A DNA stretch of 32,000 bases from Pseudoalteromonas translucida KMM 520 (GTDB lineage Bacteria; Pseudomonadota; Gammaproteobacteria; Enterobacterales; Alteromonadaceae), in the NCBI RefSeq assembly GCF_001465295.1, contig NZ_CP011034.1:720001-752000 (forward strand), written 5' to 3'. The notes beneath the pieces are model-generated. The model ran no database searches. It was not told the origin of the DNA and worked only from the letters and a program-made list of their open reading frames with translations. The position numbers and the translations under genes were made by a program. Below are positions 28,739 through 32,000 of this stretch, piece by piece. Positions within the stretch are counted from its first letter, which is position 1. Every line of letters starts with the position of its first letter.

Positions 28739-29784
28739 GCGATTTAAATTATTTATACGGCGCACCGTTATCAAAAGCTGACTTTAAAACCACAGCCGAA
28801 GACTTTATGGTAGATGAAGACTTAGGGATTGAGTTTACCGGTAGCGGCGAGCATGTATGTTTGCAAGTAGTAAAAAAAGGCGAAAACACCCAGTACGTAG
28901 CAAAGTTAATTGCGCAGCGAGCTGGGGTGTCACCACGTGATGTAAGTTATGCCGGGATGAAAGATCGCCACGGAGTGTGTTCGCAGTGGTTTAGTGTAAA
29001 AGTACCCATTAAAAAGCCAATTGATTTTAGTGATTTAAACAGCGAAAGCGTGTTTGTTGTATCGCAGCAACGTCACGAACGTAAGCTGAGAACCGGCTGT
29101 CATAAAGGTAATAAGTTTACTATTACGCTGCGTAATGTTACCGACCCTCTGGATATTTTGTGCCGTATTAATGCGGTACGCAGTGGCGTGCCTAACTATT
29201 TTGGCGAGCAACGCTTTGGCCGTGATGGTCATAACCTGGTAATGGCTGAAAAAATGTTTGCAGGTGAGCGTATTCGCGATAAAAAATTACGCGGTATTAT
29301 TATTTCTGCAGCGCGCTCGCATGTATTTAATCAACTCGTAAGTTTACGAGTAAAGGAGCATGGTTTAGCTAAAACCATGCACCGTGAAGTATTTATGCTC
29401 AGCGGCAGTAATGCCTTTTTTGAAGACGCTATTAGCGATGAGAATATAGCCCGCTTAGCCTCTGGCGATATTATGATGTCGGCACCTATGGTAGGTAAAA
29501 GCGAAAAAGGGCTTACCGAACAAGAAAAAGTATGGCTTGAGCCTTATCAGTCTTGGTGCGATGGTTTAGGCGAGTTAGGGCTTAAAAATGAGCGCCGAAT
29601 GCTGCGTTTAATCCCGCAAGATTTTAGCGTAGAAACCATAGATGAAAGCACTTTAAAGTTAAGTTTTGGTTTACCAAAAGGCTGTTTTGCTACGGCATTA
29701 TTACGTGAGCTGGTGGATTACACTGATGCAAGCCCACGCGAGCGAAAAGAAAAGGACAGCAAAGATGAAGATCCTATTAAGTAA
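28735..29784 (+). CDS. truD: tRNA pseudouridine(13) synthase
   Basis: 349 aa. It has GMKDRHGV (catalytic Asp context) and NYFGEQRFG. An ATGA overlap joins it to ispF. Confidence 0.93.
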   Translation: MSDLNYLYGAPLSKADFKTTAEDFMVDEDLGIEFTGSGEHVCLQVVKKGENTQYVAKLIAQRAGVSPRDVSYAGMKDRHGVCSQWFSVKVPIKKPIDFSDLNSESVFVVSQQRHERKLRTGCHKGNKFTITLRNVTDPLDILCRINAVRSGVPNYFGEQRFGRDGHNLVMAEKMFAGERIRDKKLRGIIISAARSHVFNQLVSLRVKEHGLAKTMHREVFMLSGSNAFFEDAISDENIARLASGDIMMSAPMVGKSEKGLTEQEKVWLEPYQSWCDGLGELGLKNERRMLRLIPQDFSVETIDESTLKLSFGLPKGCFATALLRELVDYTDASPRERKEKDSKDEDPIK

Positions 29785-30529
29785 CGACGATGGTGTAGGC
29801 GCTAAAGGTATTGCGGTGTTATATCAAGCATTAATGCAAATTGCCGAGGTAACTTTAGTTGCCCCCGACCGTAACTGCAGTGGTGCAAGTAACTCGTTAA
29901 CTTTGCTTAACCCACTGCGTGCTACAAAGCTTGAAAATGGCTTTATATCGGTTAATGGTACACCTACTGACTGTGTGCATTTAGGCGTTAACCAGCTAGT
30001 TGATGAAATGCCCGACTTAGTGGTCGCAGGTATAAACCACGGCGCTAATTTAGGTGACGACACTTTGTACTCAGGCACGGTAGCTGCTGCAACCGAAGGT
30101 CGCCATTTAGGTTTGCCCGCTATTGCAGTGTCTTTGTGTTCGCACCATGGCGAGCATTTTGAAACGGCAGCAGCAGTAACTATAAGTATTATTAAAGGTT
30201 TAGCGTCGCATCCGCTACCAAAAGATCAAATTATAAATATTAATGTACCCGACATTCCTCTAAGCGAATTAAAAGGTGTACAGGTAACGCGTTTAGGCGC
30301 ACGCCACAAAGCTGAAACCATGACCAAGCAAACCGATCCTTGGGGTCGAGATATTTACTGGTACGGATCTTTAGGGACAGAAAGTGATGCCGGTGAAGGT
30401 ACCGATTTTCATGCAATTAATAACGGCTATGCCTCGGTTACCCCACTGAGTGTTGATATGACCGCTAACGAGAGCATTAAAGCGGTAGGGGAGTGGTTAG
30501 CTGATTTGGAGATAAACCGTGCTGGCTAA
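29765..30529 (+). CDS. surE: 5'/3'-nucleotidase SurE
   Basis: Start trimmed to [11 protein letters not shown] (SurE N-terminal motif). It overlaps the truD 3' end by 20 nt. The track ORF has a spurious 33-codon extension. Confidence 0.93.
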   Translation: MKILLSNDDGVGAKGIAVLYQALMQIAEVTLVAPDRNCSGASNSLTLLNPLRATKLENGFISVNGTPTDCVHLGVNQLVDEMPDLVVAGINHGANLGDDTLYSGTVAAATEGRHLGLPAIAVSLCSHHGEHFETAAAVTISIIKGLASHPLPKDQIININVPDIPLSELKGVQVTRLGARHKAETMTKQTDPWGRDIYWYGSLGTESDAGEGTDFHAINNGYASVTPLSVDMTANESIKAVGEWLADLEINRAG

Positions 30530-31157
30530 TTATACTCGCAGCGCCAAGGCGCTATCAGCGCTATTACAGCGTGAAGGTGTTGAGGATACGCAAGTACTAG
30601 ATGCGATTGCACAAATACCACGACATATATTTGTGGGTGACGTGCTACAACATAAAGCGTATCAAAATACTGCGTTACCAATAGGGCAAGGGCAAACTAT
30701 TTCCCAGCCTTATATTGTGGCGCGTATGACCGAACTGTTGCACTTAGCAGGTGTGCGCGACAAGGTGCTAGAAATAGGCACGGGATCGGGCTATCAAACG
30801 GCAATATTGGCTAAAATATTTACCAAGGTTTACTCAGTAGAGCGTATTAAAGCATTGCAATGGCAAGCTAAGCGTCGTTTACATCAGCTCGATTTATATA
30901 ATGTGGCAATGAAGCATGGCGATGGCTGGCAAGGTTGGGAGTCGCAAGCGCCGTTTAACGGCATTATAGTCACCGCAGCTGCGGCTAAAATCCCGCAAGA
31001 TCTATTAGCTCAATTAGCTGATGGTGGTGTGTTACTTGCCCCGATTGGTGAGCAAGAGCAAAAATTAACAATGGTTATTCGCAATGGCAATAACTACACA
31101 GAACACGTAATTGCGCCGGTTAGATTTGTACCGCTAGTCGCTGGTGATATTGAATAG
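30519..31157 (+). CDS. pcm: protein-L-isoaspartate O-methyltransferase
   Basis: 212 aa. It has [22 protein letters not shown] and the SAM motif [13 protein letters not shown]. The GTG start overlaps the surE end by 11 nt. Confidence 0.93.
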   Translation: MLANYTRSAKALSALLQREGVEDTQVLDAIAQIPRHIFVGDVLQHKAYQNTALPIGQGQTISQPYIVARMTELLHLAGVRDKVLEIGTGSGYQTAILAKIFTKVYSVERIKALQWQAKRRLHQLDLYNVAMKHGDGWQGWESQAPFNGIIVTAAAAKIPQDLLAQLADGGVLLAPIGEQEQKLTMVIRNGNNYTEHVIAPVRFVPLVAGDIE

Positions 31158-31166
31158 GAATTCATT

Positions 31167-31745
31167 TTGAAGTTGTTTACTAAATTATACGATATGGCTC
31201 TAGTGTGGGCTAAGCACCGTCATGCAGAGCGTTATTTAGCTGCAATGAGCTTTGCAGAGTCTGTGTTTTTTCCAGTTCCTCCTGATGTAATGCTGGCACC
31301 AATGTCGCTTGCTCAGCCTAAAAAAGCATGGCGGTTTGCAAGTTTTGCCACTATAGCGTCTGTTGTTGGTGGCATAGTAGGTTATTTACTCGGCTTTTGG
31401 TTATTTGAACCGGTTGTTGAGCCACTTATAGTACAAATGCACTGGCAAGATAAATTTGATATTGCACTTGATTGGTTTAAAAACTATGGCGTGTGGGTGG
31501 TGTTTATAGCGGGTTTTTCGCCTATTCCTTATAAAGTATTTACTATAGGCGCAGGGGTATTACAAATGGCATTTTTGCCGTTTTTAATTGCGTCTGCAGT
31601 AGGGCGAGGCGCTCGGTTCTTTTTAGTTGCTGCACTGATGAAGTGGGGCGGTGTTAAAATGGAGCAAAAATTACGTCAATACATTGAAGTGCTTGGATGG
31701 GCAGTTGTGCTTTTAATTGCAGTTGCATACATTTTATTACGTTAA
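31167..31745 (+). CDS. YqaA/DedA-like (VTT/SNARE-associated domain) inner-membrane protein
   Basis: 192 aa from TTG (alternative ATG at codon 10). It is polytopic, with FAESVFFPVPPDVML and FIAGFSPIPYKVFTIGAGV typical of this family. Confidence 0.7.
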   Translation: MKLFTKLYDMALVWAKHRHAERYLAAMSFAESVFFPVPPDVMLAPMSLAQPKKAWRFASFATIASVVGGIVGYLLGFWLFEPVVEPLIVQMHWQDKFDIALDWFKNYGVWVVFIAGFSPIPYKVFTIGAGVLQMAFLPFLIASAVGRGARFFLVAALMKWGGVKMEQKLRQYIEVLGWAVVLLIAVAYILLR

Positions 31746-31786
31746 GTACTATAAAATAATGTTATTAACATAAGGAGCTAAATACA

Positions 31787-32000
31787 GTGAATAAACAAAT
31801 AAAATGTTATGTTGCTTTATTTATTAGTATTTTGCTCTTTGCTTGCTCGTCTAACCATGTTCCGGCGCCTGTCAGTAGTTTAAATAATGATGTTAATAAT
31901 TACGGCAGAAAAATTAACATTAATGGCGATAAATATACTGTTCAAAAAGGCGATACACTTTATTCTATAGCATTTAGTGCAGGCCAAGATGTTAGAACCT
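31787..32000 (+). CDS. nlpD: murein hydrolase activator lipoprotein NlpD, 3'-truncated at the window edge
   Basis: GTG start 9 nt after AAGGAG. It has a lipobox (LLFAC) and a LysM start (YTVQKGDTLYSIAF). It is not in the ORF track because no stop falls in the window. Confidence 0.8.
   Translation, partial: MNKQIKCYVALFISILLFACSSNHVPAPVSSLNNDVNNYGRKININGDKYTVQKGDTLYSIAFSAGQDVRT

Noticed and set aside
466-30078. Short ORFs in the track lying inside or antisense to strongly supported genes. Examples: 466..648, 1638..1883, 2091..2318, 3206..3724, 9869..10159, 10850..11032, 11357..11632, 12248..12532, 13376..13690, 14528..14713, 14786..15076, 15571..15813, 17461..17712, 19779..20039, 21274..21471, 21955..22149, 22168..22392, 23117..23311, 24116..24373, 24395..24625, 24858..25049, 26092..26277, 26957..27139, 27728..27961, 27980..28180, 29035..29232, 29824..30078.
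   Set aside because: Each is fully embedded in, or overlaps, a gene with clear homology-like signatures. Their translations are low-complexity and S/C/L-rich, as expected from off-frame or antisense reading. None has an RBS.

Overview
This window is chromosomal and mostly housekeeping. It appears to come from an AT-rich marine gammaproteobacterium; protein sequences and gene order look Alteromonadales/Pseudoalteromonas-like, but that is inference with no database check. I support about 31 CDS. They fall in blocks syntenic with enteric loci: prfC-argS, pdxH, yjjV/ytjB/serB/radA, 5-FCL-rpiA-serA, metK/tkt, and the tightly coupled ftsB-ispD-ispF-truD-surE-pcm-(yqaA-like)-nlpD cluster. I found no rRNA, tRNA or CRISPR array, and no recognisable defence, prophage or toxin-antitoxin module. 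The only mobile element is one complete IS4-family insertion sequence (1425 bp, 11-bp target duplication), sitting exactly in the loop of the tkt terminator hairpin. The less ordinary content is: (1) an 825-aa protein with two canonical PilZ (c-di-GMP) motif sets between serB and radA; (2) an NRAMP-fold transporter whose TM1 metal-binding DPGN motif reads GGSH; (3) a DUF1653-like/MoxR-ATPase/CoxE-like-VWA operon with a degenerate MIDAS motif, next to two uncharacterised divergent genes; (4) a 497-bp argS-pdxH intergenic region packed with three repeat types (a ~120-nt imperfect palindrome carrying an 80-bp direct duplication, a GTAG-type REP hairpin, and a 5 x 33-bp tandem array); (5) a 183-aa tail-anchored protein where enterics carry ssrS upstream of the 5-formyl-THF cyclo-ligase gene. 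I do not see convincing evidence for a wholly new multi-gene system, so interest scores are moderate.
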